The translations under genes and the position numbers were made by a program. Positions 25,569 to 34,757 of a DNA stretch of 64,000 nucleotides are shown piece after piece. Under the pieces are notes generated by a model. That model worked only from the letters and a program-made list of their open reading frames with translations, ran no database searches and had not been told where the DNA came from. How positions within the stretch are numbered: position 1 is the stretch's first letter; every line of letters begins with the position of its first letter. Source of the stretch: a virus; IMG/VR virus record IMGVR_UViG_3300030012_002528, positions 28,262-92,261 of that record; one strand, written 5' to 3'.

Positions 25569-26075
25569 ATGGAATTGCAAACACAATTAGGAAAAGAATT
25601 ACTTAGTCTTGTGAATAGAACTGCGAATGATGCAGTGCTTGGCGAAAAGGTAAGAAATTTAGTAACAGAGTACGGACAAACGTGCGACTTTGACAAACCA
25701 TCATATGGAGAGTCATTCGAATTGTTTATAGATAGTGTATGGTACAATTGGGAATCAAACAGATGGATGTTGTTTGGGGAGAAGTTGGGTTGGCGAACAG
25801 GAGTTATCAGTCCATCTGAGAACGATAGTATGTTAGGTTGTTTTACTATTTCAGATGAACACGACAATCCTATTTGGTATTGTGAGATAGTTGGTGGGGA
25901 TGATGTAGAACCTACACTATACTACAATCCTTACTACCGAACATTGGATGGTAAAGAACATCAGTTTGATTCTACAACTTCTTTTTGGACTGAGATACAA
26001 GACACGAAGAATGATTTAATTGAAATTGATATGTTCGTGAAGGAAGCAAACAAGCGTTTAAATAATTGTAAGTGA
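25569..26075 (+). CDS. hypothetical protein
   Basis: 168 aa. Confidence 0.7.
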   Translation: MELQTQLGKELLSLVNRTANDAVLGEKVRNLVTEYGQTCDFDKPSYGESFELFIDSVWYNWESNRWMLFGEKLGWRTGVISPSENDSMLGCFTISDEHDNPIWYCEIVGGDDVEPTLYYNPYYRTLDGKEHQFDSTTSFWTEIQDTKNDLIEIDMFVKEANKRLNNCK

Positions 26076-26416
26076 TGATAGAGAATTTTATAGAGATAGA
26101 AGTTTTTAATTTTATTTTAGTTCCCACTACAAATGAGTGGGTGCTAGAAGCAAATTATTCAACGATAGCGCAGGGTGTCCTTAAAGATTTTAAGTACGGA
26201 GAAACGTCAGATAAAACTTTTAGAATAAAAGACGGCAAAGCACATATACTACAAGCAAAACTTTTCAAGGATGGAGATGTGTATAGGTTGTTGCTTAACC
26301 CATTGTACAGAAAAAATAAAAATAGTAAATTGCTTGTAGATGAAATGACATCACACGAAATTGATGTTAATTTAATGACAGAGGAGGATTACTTTTCCTA
26401 TTCTTTCGAAATATAA
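26072..26416 (+). CDS. hypothetical protein
   Basis: 114 aa. Confidence 0.65.
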   Translation: MMIENFIEIEVFNFILVPTTNEWVLEANYSTIAQGVLKDFKYGETSDKTFRIKDGKAHILQAKLFKDGDVYRLLLNPLYRKNKNSKLLVDEMTSHEIDVNLMTEEDYFSYSFEI

Positions 26417-26417
26417 T

Positions 26418-26720
26418 ATGGATAAAATGATTGATGATTTTTTTACTTTTAATAAAGACTTTGAATTTAGTTTTGACCCTACATCGTTTAGTTTAAATGT
26501 GTGTCGTAAAATTTGCGATGCTTTAGATGAAGGTAAAGACCAATGTGATATAGTATCCGTTGGTAAAGATGACTACGAGTTTAATATGATTGCAGAAGAG
26601 TCTGAGTTCTTAGACATACTTGAAAAGAATATATCAAGAGTTGAGGAAACAGAAGACTATGAATTGTGTGGAAGAATTCTATCTTGGATAAATAAATTAA
26701 AAGAAAATGGCAAAAGTTAA
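26418..26720 (+). CDS. hypothetical protein with UVR-like C-terminal hairpin
   Basis: EETEDYELCGRI. Confidence 0.6.
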   Translation: MDKMIDDFFTFNKDFEFSFDPTSFSLNVCRKICDALDEGKDQCDIVSVGKDDYEFNMIAEESEFLDILEKNISRVEETEDYELCGRILSWINKLKENGKS

Positions 26721-26844
26721 ATACGGAAGCGAAGCGTTGGCTACTCCTAAAAGGAAGCGTAAAGGTGTTCACGCCAAGAGTAAGAACTCTAAGCATAAGG
26801 GGGCTAAGTATTATGCTAAAAAATATAAAGGACAGGGGCGATGA
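26707..26844 (+). CDS. small basic peptide (45 aa)
   Basis: MAKVKY...KRKRKGVHAKSK...KKYKGQGR. Confidence 0.65.
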   Translation: MAKVKYGSEALATPKRKRKGVHAKSKNSKHKGAKYYAKKYKGQGR

Positions 26845-27003
26845 AAAAATTAGGTAAAATAACAAGGTCAGCAATAATTAAAAGACTGATGAATGTGTTA
26901 CCTAAAGAGTTGGCAGTAGAAGAAGACTTGGAATGCAGGGGTAATGAATCACTAAGTGATATGTATCTCATAGCCACAGGTCAATTATTTGAAGTTATAG
27001 AGA

Positions 27004-27441
27004 ATGATGAAAATTAAACTGACATTTGTCTTTATCACGTTTTTTTGTTTATCAGTTTTTGGACAATTAAGCGAAGGTGTTTTTTATAAGGTAAAAAAAG
27101 TTGTAGATGGTGACACCTTTTGGTTGTACGATTCTGATTGGGATACTTATAAAGTAAGACTCATCGGTGTGAATACTCCCGAAGCCTACACATTTGAAAA
27201 TGTAACAGAAGAAGTAGGAGGTAAAGAAGCATCTGCGTACACGAGGTATTTAATAGAAGGAGAGTACGTGAGACTTGAATTTGATGTGGAAAAGTATGAT
27301 AAGTATAACAGAGTTTTAGCGTATGTTTGGTTACACAACGGAGAAATGCTAAATGCTAAACTTATAGAAAAAGGTCACGCTGAAGTGGTAAGGTATTATC
27401 CTAATGTAAAGTATTTTAATTACTTTAAGCGTTTGGAATAA
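27004..27441 (+). CDS. thermonuclease (SNase) with signal peptide
   Basis: VVDGDT, VRLIGVNTPE, DKYNRVLAYV, N..LI..G.A; hydrophobic N-terminus. Confidence 0.9.
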   Translation: MMKIKLTFVFITFFCLSVFGQLSEGVFYKVKKVVDGDTFWLYDSDWDTYKVRLIGVNTPEAYTFENVTEEVGGKEASAYTRYLIEGEYVRLEFDVEKYDKYNRVLAYVWLHNGEMLNAKLIEKGHAEVVRYYPNVKYFNYFKRLE

Positions 27442-27447
27442 CAATAT

Positions 27448-27521
27448 GCTCCCTTAGCTCAACGGGATAGAGCAACAGATTTCTAATCTGTAGGTTAAAG
27501 GTTCGAGTCCTTTAGGGAGTA
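27448..27521 (+). tRNA. tRNA-Arg (anticodon TCT)
   Basis: cloverleaf: GCTCCCT/AGGGAGT acceptor, ACAGA-TT-TCT-AA-TCTGT anticodon arm, GGTTCGAGTCC T arm; no encoded CCA. Confidence 0.95.
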
Positions 27522-27534
27522 CTAAATTTATACT

Positions 27535-27705
27535 ATGAAAATTTCTAAATCAAATTTAATTATATTAGGTACGGCTGTTATAAGCCTTGTTTTTTCTGAA
27601 TACTTTTACTTTACAGGTAATGTAGAACAAGCGATGTTCGTAGGGCAGTGGGTTCCTTCCATCTTATGTGCAGGAGTCTACTTTAACATTCTAAAAAATA
27701 AGTGA
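27535..27705 (+). CDS. small membrane protein (56 aa)
   Basis: two hydrophobic segments, FVGQWVPSIL. Confidence 0.55.
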   Translation: MKISKSNLIILGTAVISLVFSEYFYFTGNVEQAMFVGQWVPSILCAGVYFNILKNK

Positions 27706-27899
27706 TGGTAGAGTTACTTGCAGTATTCATCACCATAATGTTCTCTTATGGTATTTACTCCCTAATGTCAGAGGGTGATACTGAGAATGACCCTGTTGGT
27801 GACATAGATTCAAGGTTTATTGGGAAGATGATTAGGTTCTTCTTGATGTTTATTTTTAGCATATTTACTATTGTAATAGTAGGTTATAATTTATTTTAA
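27702..27899 (+). CDS. two-TM membrane protein
   Basis: 65 aa. Confidence 0.55.
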   Translation: MMVELLAVFITIMFSYGIYSLMSEGDTENDPVGDIDSRFIGKMIRFFLMFIFSIFTIVIVGYNLF

Positions 27900-27903
27900 T
27901 ACT

Positions 27904-28329
27904 ATGAAAAAGTTTTTTATATTTGTTGCAACAATGGTTACACTAAATGTTTATGCACAAGACCAAGTTCCAATTGAGTTCTTGGTGGATGCAATGATTC
28001 ACGTAGAGTCACGAGGGGATTCAACTGCGATTGGAGATGGAGGTAAAGCAGTAGGCGTATTACAGATACATCCTATCATGGTTCGTGAAGTGAATAGGAT
28101 ATTAGGGAAGAATGGTAGTAATGTTCGGTATACCTATGATGATAGATATAGCGTAGAGAAGTCTAAAGAGATGTTCTATGTATGGAAAGAATACTATCAC
28201 CCAAACTCTTCATACGAGAAGATAGCAAGGTGCTGGAATGGTGGAACGAATGGGCATATGTTTTATTGTACCAATCGTTATTGGAGAAAGGTAAGTGACC
28301 AATTGGAAACTTTAGCAATGGTAGACTAA
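27904..28329 (+). CDS. exported lytic transglycosylase / lysozyme-fold protein
   Basis: signal peptide; MIHVES.G...AIGD.GKAVG.LQI, WNGG. Confidence 0.8.
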   Translation: MKKFFIFVATMVTLNVYAQDQVPIEFLVDAMIHVESRGDSTAIGDGGKAVGVLQIHPIMVREVNRILGKNGSNVRYTYDDRYSVEKSKEMFYVWKEYYHPNSSYEKIARCWNGGTNGHMFYCTNRYWRKVSDQLETLAMVD

Positions 28330-28517
28330 TGAAATATAAAGTAATAGTAGACGGAGTAGAAAGATATCTAAGTAGTTTAGATGTGGATTGGATGGTGTCA
28401 AGGGAATATGTTAAGTTCCGTTACGACCATTATGAGTCTCACGATGATAGCGTGGATATGGTTTGTAAAAAGTTCAACCTAAAAAAAGAGTTGGTTGAAC
28501 ATATGGTTTTAAATTAA
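28329..28517 (+). CDS. hypothetical protein
   Basis: 62 aa. Confidence 0.55.
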   Translation: MKYKVIVDGVERYLSSLDVDWMVSREYVKFRYDHYESHDDSVDMVCKKFNLKKELVEHMVLN

Positions 28518-28522
28518 ATAAA

Positions 28523-28972
28523 ATGGGAGAGAAAAAAGAACACACCCTTTTTGCAGATGGGTTTGATGATGCGATATTAGGATTTAGTCACGAATGGACT
28601 GAAACACCAAAGGTAGTTTATTCTAAATTAAAAATGGTGGAGGTTTGTGAGGAACAAGGCATGAGCGTAGAGGAAGCCATCGAATACTTAGAGTATAATG
28701 TGTGGGGTGCTTATGTCGGTGATGGAACTCCCATCTACGCTGATGACCTTGCAGGTACTAAGAGAGAGGACGTTGCGTACACTCTCGACCTATATATGGG
28801 TGGAGATGGTAGTGGATATAACCCTACCTTTCCTTTATGCCCTCCTGAGGACTCCCCACAACTTAGTGAGAGCGACTCCGATGGCAATACCACCGAGAAG
28901 GGGCAAACCCTTAAAGAAAACGACTCCACCGAGAACAGCCGAAGCAGTAGCGATGAAGATGTCAGAAGTTAA
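28523..28972 (+). CDS. conserved phage protein with acidic tail
   Basis: ADGFDDAILG...EEAIEYLEYNVWGAYVGDGTP. Confidence 0.7.
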   Translation: MGEKKEHTLFADGFDDAILGFSHEWTETPKVVYSKLKMVEVCEEQGMSVEEAIEYLEYNVWGAYVGDGTPIYADDLAGTKREDVAYTLDLYMGGDGSGYNPTFPLCPPEDSPQLSESDSDGNTTEKGQTLKENDSTENSRSSSDEDVRS

Positions 28973-29069
28973 TACCGATTTAATTTTATCTGTGATTTTC
29001 ATGTTGTTATTTTTTTAATAATTTCATTTAAAAGTACTAATTTTATTTGAATTAAACAAATATGTTACA

Positions 29070-29429
29070 ATGTATAAAAAGAGTAAATTTGGAAGACTAA
29101 GAAAACATAATTTGAAACCTTTAATTGAAAGCAAAGTACCATTGGTTGTTTGCGAACAGGAGGAAACAAGGTTTACAGGTTACAATGTTAGACCTATAGA
29201 TGTTTTCGTAGCATTCCCAAAAAAATACACAAGCATGGTTGAAAGCCCTTTAAAAGTAAAAGACCCTAATAGGAAAGACCTTGTTATACTGCCCCTGTCA
29301 GTAGTAGACAAGGCATATTTTGAAGAAAACTTAAATAAATTTAATAAGTCTTATGAAACAGCAGGAGAGAGAGTATATGAAACTTCATACAAATCACTCA
29401 AAGAATACCTCAACAAAGGAAAGGTTTGA
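29070..29429 (+). CDS. hypothetical protein
   Basis: 119 aa. Confidence 0.65.
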   Translation: MYKKSKFGRLRKHNLKPLIESKVPLVVCEQEETRFTGYNVRPIDVFVAFPKKYTSMVESPLKVKDPNRKDLVILPLSVVDKAYFEENLNKFNKSYETAGERVYETSYKSLKEYLNKGKV

Positions 29430-29593
29430 GAAAAGAAAGAGTGGTGATTTTATTTTCATTTACGACAATAAAAACAAGAAATACATACCTAAAGAATTTT
29501 ATGCACCAAGTGGTGGAGAAATAGGTTGCAACATTTTCTTGCGTAAGTTAAAAGAAAATAGTAAATTAGCGTACAATACAAATAAAAGAAGAA

Positions 29594-30025
29594 ATGGTTA
29601 ATTTTAATAAGACAGGTAGAAAGGATTATACAGAATATGAAGTTTATACTGACGAGTATTCTGGAGGTAATGGTACAGAGCAATTAGCAGGTTATGTTAC
29701 CAAGTTTGGAGACAAGAAATGGGCATTTAGAACCATTGACCCTTTCTTTACTGATGTAATGCCTACTGATACCTTTGATTCTCGTAAAGATGCAGTATTT
29801 AATGGAATAGAGTCTCTACGATTTGTAGCAGTTGCTAAACCTGTTTCTGAGCCTATAGAAAAGGAAATAGACTTATCTATGCTAGGTCAGTATAGAAGAG
29901 TCAATAATAATAGAAAGCCAACAAGAGGTAGAAAAATTCAATATATCCAACGTGCTAAACGATTGGACAATGGCGAGTTAGTTTATTTAAATTCATATAA
30001 GAAAATACATCACGAGCGTGTATAG
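29594..30025 (+). CDS. hypothetical protein
   Basis: 143 aa. Confidence 0.7.
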   Translation: MVNFNKTGRKDYTEYEVYTDEYSGGNGTEQLAGYVTKFGDKKWAFRTIDPFFTDVMPTDTFDSRKDAVFNGIESLRFVAVAKPVSEPIEKEIDLSMLGQYRRVNNNRKPTRGRKIQYIQRAKRLDNGELVYLNSYKKIHHERV

Positions 30026-30941
30026 ATATGAGTATGCCAAAGCAAGGCACGGAAGAAATTTCAAAGTCAACTGCCCTCGATGTGGAGGAGTTAAACGATT
30101 TAATTTATTCTTTGACAATAAAGAAGATAAGTTATGTGATTCGCAGTATGGTAAATGCGACAGAGTTTACCAATGTGGGTATGAGAATCGTCCACAAGGT
30201 CAAGCAGTTTTAAAACAAGATGAAATAAAAACAGAAAAACCTCCACTTTCTGTTATGCCCTTGTCTATTGTCAAGGATTCTATACAAAAATGTTGGAGCA
30301 ACACAGATGCTCTCTTAGGCTTTATAATGGACAAGTGGGGAGTAGATATCGCTACTAAGGTGTTCGTGCGTTACAACCTTGTTTCTGTGCCTTTTAATGG
30401 GGGTTTTGCCCCTATGTTTTGGTTCATAGATGACAAGAAGCAAGTTCGTAGTGGTAAGATAATGAATTATGAATTAAGAGGAGGAGAACCTCGCAGGACT
30501 AAACACGACAAGGCTTGGAAAAATGTGAAATGGCTACACTCTAAAATAGATAATTACAATTTTGAAATGTGTTTCTATGGCTCGCATATTCTCACAATGA
30601 TGCCCGATGCAGAAGTACACATAGTAGAGTCAGAGAAAACTGCATTGATAATGTCTTGTGTAAAGCCTCAACACATTTGGTTAGCGACATCATCTGTTAC
30701 TAACTTGCAAGAACACTTTTTACCTAATTTAAAAGACAGAAAAGTGGTACTGCACCCCGACAAAGGAGAAAGGAGTTTTGGATATTGGAAACTTAAAGCA
30801 GAAGAGTTTAGAAAAAAAAATTTGGCAAAGTCAATAAATATATCTACCTTTGTACAAGATACAGAATTTTTAGGTGAGGGAGATGACCTTGCCGATTACG
30901 TTTTAAAAACAACAAAGTATGAGAGCATTAAAAAACATTGA
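30018..30941 (+). CDS. DNA primase (PG0870-type Zn finger + DUF6371 TOPRIM)
   Basis: CPRCG...GKCDR..CGY, RSGKIM.Y, IVESEKTA, LHPD, GDDLADY. Confidence 0.85.
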   Translation: MYRYEYAKARHGRNFKVNCPRCGGVKRFNLFFDNKEDKLCDSQYGKCDRVYQCGYENRPQGQAVLKQDEIKTEKPPLSVMPLSIVKDSIQKCWSNTDALLGFIMDKWGVDIATKVFVRYNLVSVPFNGGFAPMFWFIDDKKQVRSGKIMNYELRGGEPRRTKHDKAWKNVKWLHSKIDNYNFEMCFYGSHILTMMPDAEVHIVESEKTALIMSCVKPQHIWLATSSVTNLQEHFLPNLKDRKVVLHPDKGERSFGYWKLKAEEFRKKNLAKSINISTFVQDTEFLGEGDDLADYVLKTTKYESIKKH

Positions 30942-31770
30942 GTTAGGAAAGGTACTATTCATCAGTATTGAGTGCGTACCCCAAGAAAATGACTTCCCTA
31001 TTGAAGGACTACTCTATGATAGTTGGACAGACGGAGGCAATGAGACAGAAGCGTATGCAGAGACAGCACCATTATTCCCTGAGTATGGTAGAATTTTCTG
31101 TGTGTCTTTAGGATATGTTAGTAATCATCAATTAAATATCAAGACAATTAAGGGGGAGGAGAAGGAAATCATTGAGACATTATTCAAAATGGTGGATGCT
31201 TTTCAAAATAGTTGGAGTACTATTCATCTATGTGGGCACTCTGTAAAGAGTTTTATTTTACCTTATGTTATGCGTAGAGCAATCGTCAACGATATTCCTG
31301 TTCACTACTTATTTGATGCTTCGGGTCTTAAACCTTGGGATATCACTTGGATGTACGACATCAAAGAGTTATGGCAAGGTACTGCTTACAAATCAGCCTC
31401 TCTTCTATCACTTGCTCACACTTTTAACTTAGACTATGCAGAAAGTATTATTTTAGGTAAAGATGTGTCTACTATGTACGTGAATGATGAGATAGAAGAA
31501 ATCACTCACCGATGTGAAGTAAATGTTCGCCTATGTCACGATGTTATAAAAAAGATGGCAGGAATCAAAACTGATTGGAAAGACGAGGTGATTGAAGATA
31601 AGAACTTAGGCACATTAGAAAAGGCATATTATAATGTAATTAACATAAAAGACATAAAGGGTTTAAGAGATAAATTGGCCTCAATGAATCTAGATAAGGA
31701 TGCTACTAAGAACATTTTAGAAACAATGTTTAAAGGGAATGTGCCTTCAGAATTACAAGAACTCTTGTAA
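30919..31770 (+). CDS. PolB-type 3'-5' exonuclease-like protein, catalytic Asp residues degenerate
   Basis: PEYGRIFCVSLG, KPW motifs; FISIEC / GHSVKSFILP / RCEVNV at the Exo I-III positions. Confidence 0.7.
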   Translation: MRALKNIELGKVLFISIECVPQENDFPIEGLLYDSWTDGGNETEAYAETAPLFPEYGRIFCVSLGYVSNHQLNIKTIKGEEKEIIETLFKMVDAFQNSWSTIHLCGHSVKSFILPYVMRRAIVNDIPVHYLFDASGLKPWDITWMYDIKELWQGTAYKSASLLSLAHTFNLDYAESIILGKDVSTMYVNDEIEEITHRCEVNVRLCHDVIKKMAGIKTDWKDEVIEDKNLGTLEKAYYNVINIKDIKGLRDKLASMNLDKDATKNILETMFKGNVPSELQELL

Positions 31771-32015
31771 TGAGAACTATATGTTTTCTTGTTTCATTTT
31801 TATTTTGTATATTTGCAAAAGGTCAGCACATCTATTTTGATGTGACCCTTGAAGAAATTGATACAGTGGCAAATGAAGATGGATATAGGGTAGTTAAAAC
31901 CCTAGAACAAGGAAACATAGTGTGCTATCTATACTTAGAAAGTGACACGATTAAAATAGGATACAACAACGAGATGAGTAAACCCTCATTCATAATTTAT
32001 AGAAAAGAAGAGTAA
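31770..32015 (+). CDS. hypothetical protein
   Basis: 81 aa; start uncertain because a promoter-like TATATTTG lies at 31808. Confidence 0.5.
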   Translation: MRTICFLVSFLFCIFAKGQHIYFDVTLEEIDTVANEDGYRVVKTLEQGNIVCYLYLESDTIKIGYNNEMSKPSFIIYRKEE

Positions 32016-32131
32016 GATGTTTAGTGCAATAATTATTATAGTTTGTTTAACAATCATATTTGGTATATTTTACTATGCAGGTAAGACTATGCCCGAAGGA
32101 GACTTCTTAGAGAATGATGATTTTAACATAG

Positions 32132-32881
32132 ATGACGAAGAATAAGATGAGTTTAGAATTACCTAAAACGTATAGTAAAGAACAATGGGAACGTGGGGGC
32201 AGTCGTCCCGAACACGAGAAGTTCATAGGGATGCCTGTAACAAGTTGGTCACAAGTAGAGTCTTGGACGGCTAAGAAAGGATTCAACACAGGTATGGTAG
32301 GTAACAAAGAGTATATGATTAGATACTTTTTAGGTGAGCGATTCCCTGATATGGGTTGGGGACAGTTTGGTACTGAGGTGGAGGATTGTGTTACTCTTGG
32401 CGATTGCGAACCATTTACTCCTAAAGAACTTGAAACTATAAAAGACATCAAACCTCTTGGGGTATTTCAAGAAGAGATAGTCATTGATTTTGGTGACTTC
32501 TGTCTTCTTGGTTATATTGATGATATGTCTGAACCAAAAGATGGTGTAGTAGATATAGTGAGAGACTATAAGACTAAATCAAAAAGTTCTAAGGCTGACT
32601 TACACGACCCAAAGAAACTTCAATTAGAATTATATATCTTAGGTCTTCAGCAAAGAGGATTAAAAGTAGAGAACGCAGAGTATGTTATCATAGAAAGGTT
32701 GGGGGGTAGAGAGTGTATGAATGGTGCAGGGAGAAAGTCTTTACGTATAGGCACTAATGTTTGGAGAGAAACATATATGTTTTCTGATAAGTCTATAGCA
32801 AGAGCAGAAGCTATTGTAAGAGAGACGGTGAAGGAAATATCTAATCATTATAAGATATTTAAAATATTAAATGCTAAGTAA
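32132..32881 (+). CDS. PD-(D/E)XK (RecB/Cas4-like) nuclease
   Basis: GYIDD...IVRDYKT...QLELY. Confidence 0.8.
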   Translation: MTKNKMSLELPKTYSKEQWERGGSRPEHEKFIGMPVTSWSQVESWTAKKGFNTGMVGNKEYMIRYFLGERFPDMGWGQFGTEVEDCVTLGDCEPFTPKELETIKDIKPLGVFQEEIVIDFGDFCLLGYIDDMSEPKDGVVDIVRDYKTKSKSSKADLHDPKKLQLELYILGLQQRGLKVENAEYVIIERLGGRECMNGAGRKSLRIGTNVWRETYMFSDKSIARAEAIVRETVKEISNHYKIFKILNAK

Positions 32882-33104
32882 GTATGATTATATCAAACTT
32901 TTCAGGGGAGAAAAGGCGAATGATAAGACTAGAATGGTTTTCTTGAAACATTGGTGTAAACAAGAAGGAAAAAACTTCTATGATTTAAAGTTAATCCTTA
33001 ACTTTACTAATTATGGGTTTGATAATATGACTTATTATTTTGATAATAAATATAAAGTTAGTATATTAGTAGACCAAAACGGTGTTAAATTAAAAGTTAT
33101 ATGA
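32871..33104 (+). CDS. hypothetical protein
   Basis: 77 aa. Confidence 0.55.
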   Translation: MLSKYDYIKLFRGEKANDKTRMVFLKHWCKQEGKNFYDLKLILNFTNYGFDNMTYYFDNKYKVSILVDQNGVKLKVI

Positions 33105-33670
33105 GTGATACAGCAAAACAATTGGTAGACAAGATAGTCGAATGTACAGACCAACTATGTGCAGTAGATATTATAAAAGAGGTTATAAGTAACCTAAAAG
33201 TATCTAGAAACTATCAAAGAATGGTGGAAGTGGAAGGAGGTATTAGAGAATTAGAAAGAGCTTTCTCAAAACTTCAAGAAGAGTTCCACAGGATGGAGTT
33301 ACCAAGACAATATAACCTTGTTCAAGAGACAAGAACAAAAGCTAATTTCATTTATCGTGAATTAGTAGACCACTATGTTCACGAAGTTAATCGTGTAAAG
33401 ATGCTTTTAGAAGAATCAAAGACAGTTGAAAGAGCAAAAGCCTTGCAATATCTAAAAGAAAGTAGTACCTTTGGCAGTATAGCGAAATCAACATTAAGAG
33501 ACTACCTTGGGGCATCACCTAATTACGAGGAGTGGATTAGGGATTATTCAATGGCATATGCAAATTATCAGTATTTGTCGAAAGTTTTAGAAAGTATTCG
33601 TATATTTACCGATACTTGTGCATCCGAGCTTAGGGGTCTCGGTGTAGTGGAGAAAAAAGATGTAAAGTAA
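33101..33670 (+). CDS. helical coiled-coil protein
   Basis: 189 aa. Confidence 0.7.
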   Translation: MSDTAKQLVDKIVECTDQLCAVDIIKEVISNLKVSRNYQRMVEVEGGIRELERAFSKLQEEFHRMELPRQYNLVQETRTKANFIYRELVDHYVHEVNRVKMLLEESKTVERAKALQYLKESSTFGSIAKSTLRDYLGASPNYEEWIRDYSMAYANYQYLSKVLESIRIFTDTCASELRGLGVVEKKDVK

Positions 33671-33688
33671 ATTTTTAAAATCAGTATT

Positions 33689-34330
33689 ATGACACATTAC
33701 TTAAAAGTAAATTATTCAAACGGAGCAATCCAAGAAAGTTCAAAGGAGCCACAAGAGGGGTTTGAGAAGAACGAGTGGTCAGTTGGCAACAAGTCAGGAG
33801 TCAACTATAAGAAAATTTATAGAGAGCCTGTAGAGGGAACTCTTGTAGATGTAAAATTTAGAGACACTCAGTATGGACAAAGAGTTTCATTCACTCTTAA
33901 AGGAGATGAGTATTACAACATAGAGTTCCCTTTCCTTATGGGAGAAGAGGTGAACCCTTTCACAACTGATTTCGTTCGTCAGCTACCTAACCTACAGAAA
34001 GGTCGAACTTACACAGTCAATGCTTATGTATATCAGCCTGAGAATGCTAAGTATCCTTACAGAGGGTTTACGTTCCGAGTTGACGGAGAAAAGGTAGAAA
34101 AAGCTCTATCATATCAGTCAGCTAAAAACGAAGACGGAGACATCCCTTCAATTGTGTGGGAAGAAAAAATGGGTAAGAAGAAACCAAACTTCGATAACAG
34201 AAACGAATACCTATACAACTTCCTACAAAAACAAATTGGTGAAAACTTCGCTAAAGATGAAAATTCCTCAACACCTGAACCAACAAAAGCTGAGGTTAAA
34301 AAGCCAAGTATTGAAGACTTACCATTTTAA
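33689..34330 (+). CDS. putative single-stranded DNA-binding protein
   Basis: beta-rich core, flexible tail ending EDLPF. Confidence 0.7.
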   Translation: MTHYLKVNYSNGAIQESSKEPQEGFEKNEWSVGNKSGVNYKKIYREPVEGTLVDVKFRDTQYGQRVSFTLKGDEYYNIEFPFLMGEEVNPFTTDFVRQLPNLQKGRTYTVNAYVYQPENAKYPYRGFTFRVDGEKVEKALSYQSAKNEDGDIPSIVWEEKMGKKKPNFDNRNEYLYNFLQKQIGENFAKDENSSTPEPTKAEVKKPSIEDLPF

Positions 34331-34338
34331 TTTAAATT

Positions 34339-34650
34339 ATGACTAGAGAAGAAGTTTATAAGCGTTACGCATTCCTTGAAGAAAAAAGAAGGGATATTGA
34401 AAAGGAACAAGCTGAGTTGAAAGAAAGACTCAGTGAATACTTACCCGAAGAGGGTACGAAGTTTTACTTCGGCTCATACTCTTGGCAGAATAGAAAAAAG
34501 TGGTCTTATTCTGAAAAGGTAACTGAAATGGAGACTGAATTAAAGTCTCTGAAGAAGCTAGAAGAGAAGGAAGGGACTGCCTCTTGTGAAGAAAAGAAGT
34601 CAGTTGTATTTAGGTACAATAAGCCTGTAAGAGATAATTTACCTTTCTAA
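34339..34650 (+). CDS. coiled-coil protein ending NLPF
   Basis: 103 aa, W.YS..V..ME..LK..KK.E. Confidence 0.65.
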   Translation: MTREEVYKRYAFLEEKRRDIEKEQAELKERLSEYLPEEGTKFYFGSYSWQNRKKWSYSEKVTEMETELKSLKKLEEKEGTASCEEKKSVVFRYNKPVRDNLPF

Positions 34651-34666
34651 TAACAATTGTTTCTTA

Positions 34667-34733
34667 TTTGGAAAATTCAATTGTTCTTAGTATATTGCAT
34701 CTCTTTACCCATCGAATTTTCGGTGGGTTTTTT
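34667..34733 (+). promoter_or_regulatory. promoter followed immediately by a terminator-like hairpin
   Basis: TTTGGAAA-N16-TATATTGC; ACCCATCGAA-TT-TTCGGTGGGT + T run. Confidence 0.6.
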
Positions 34734-34757
34734 ATCTAATTTTGTTAAACTTAAACT

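Noticed and set aside
32132-32881. Cas4 / CRISPR adaptation gene
   Set aside because: No Fe-S Cys cluster pattern or CRISPR context; generic phage PD-(D/E)XK nuclease.
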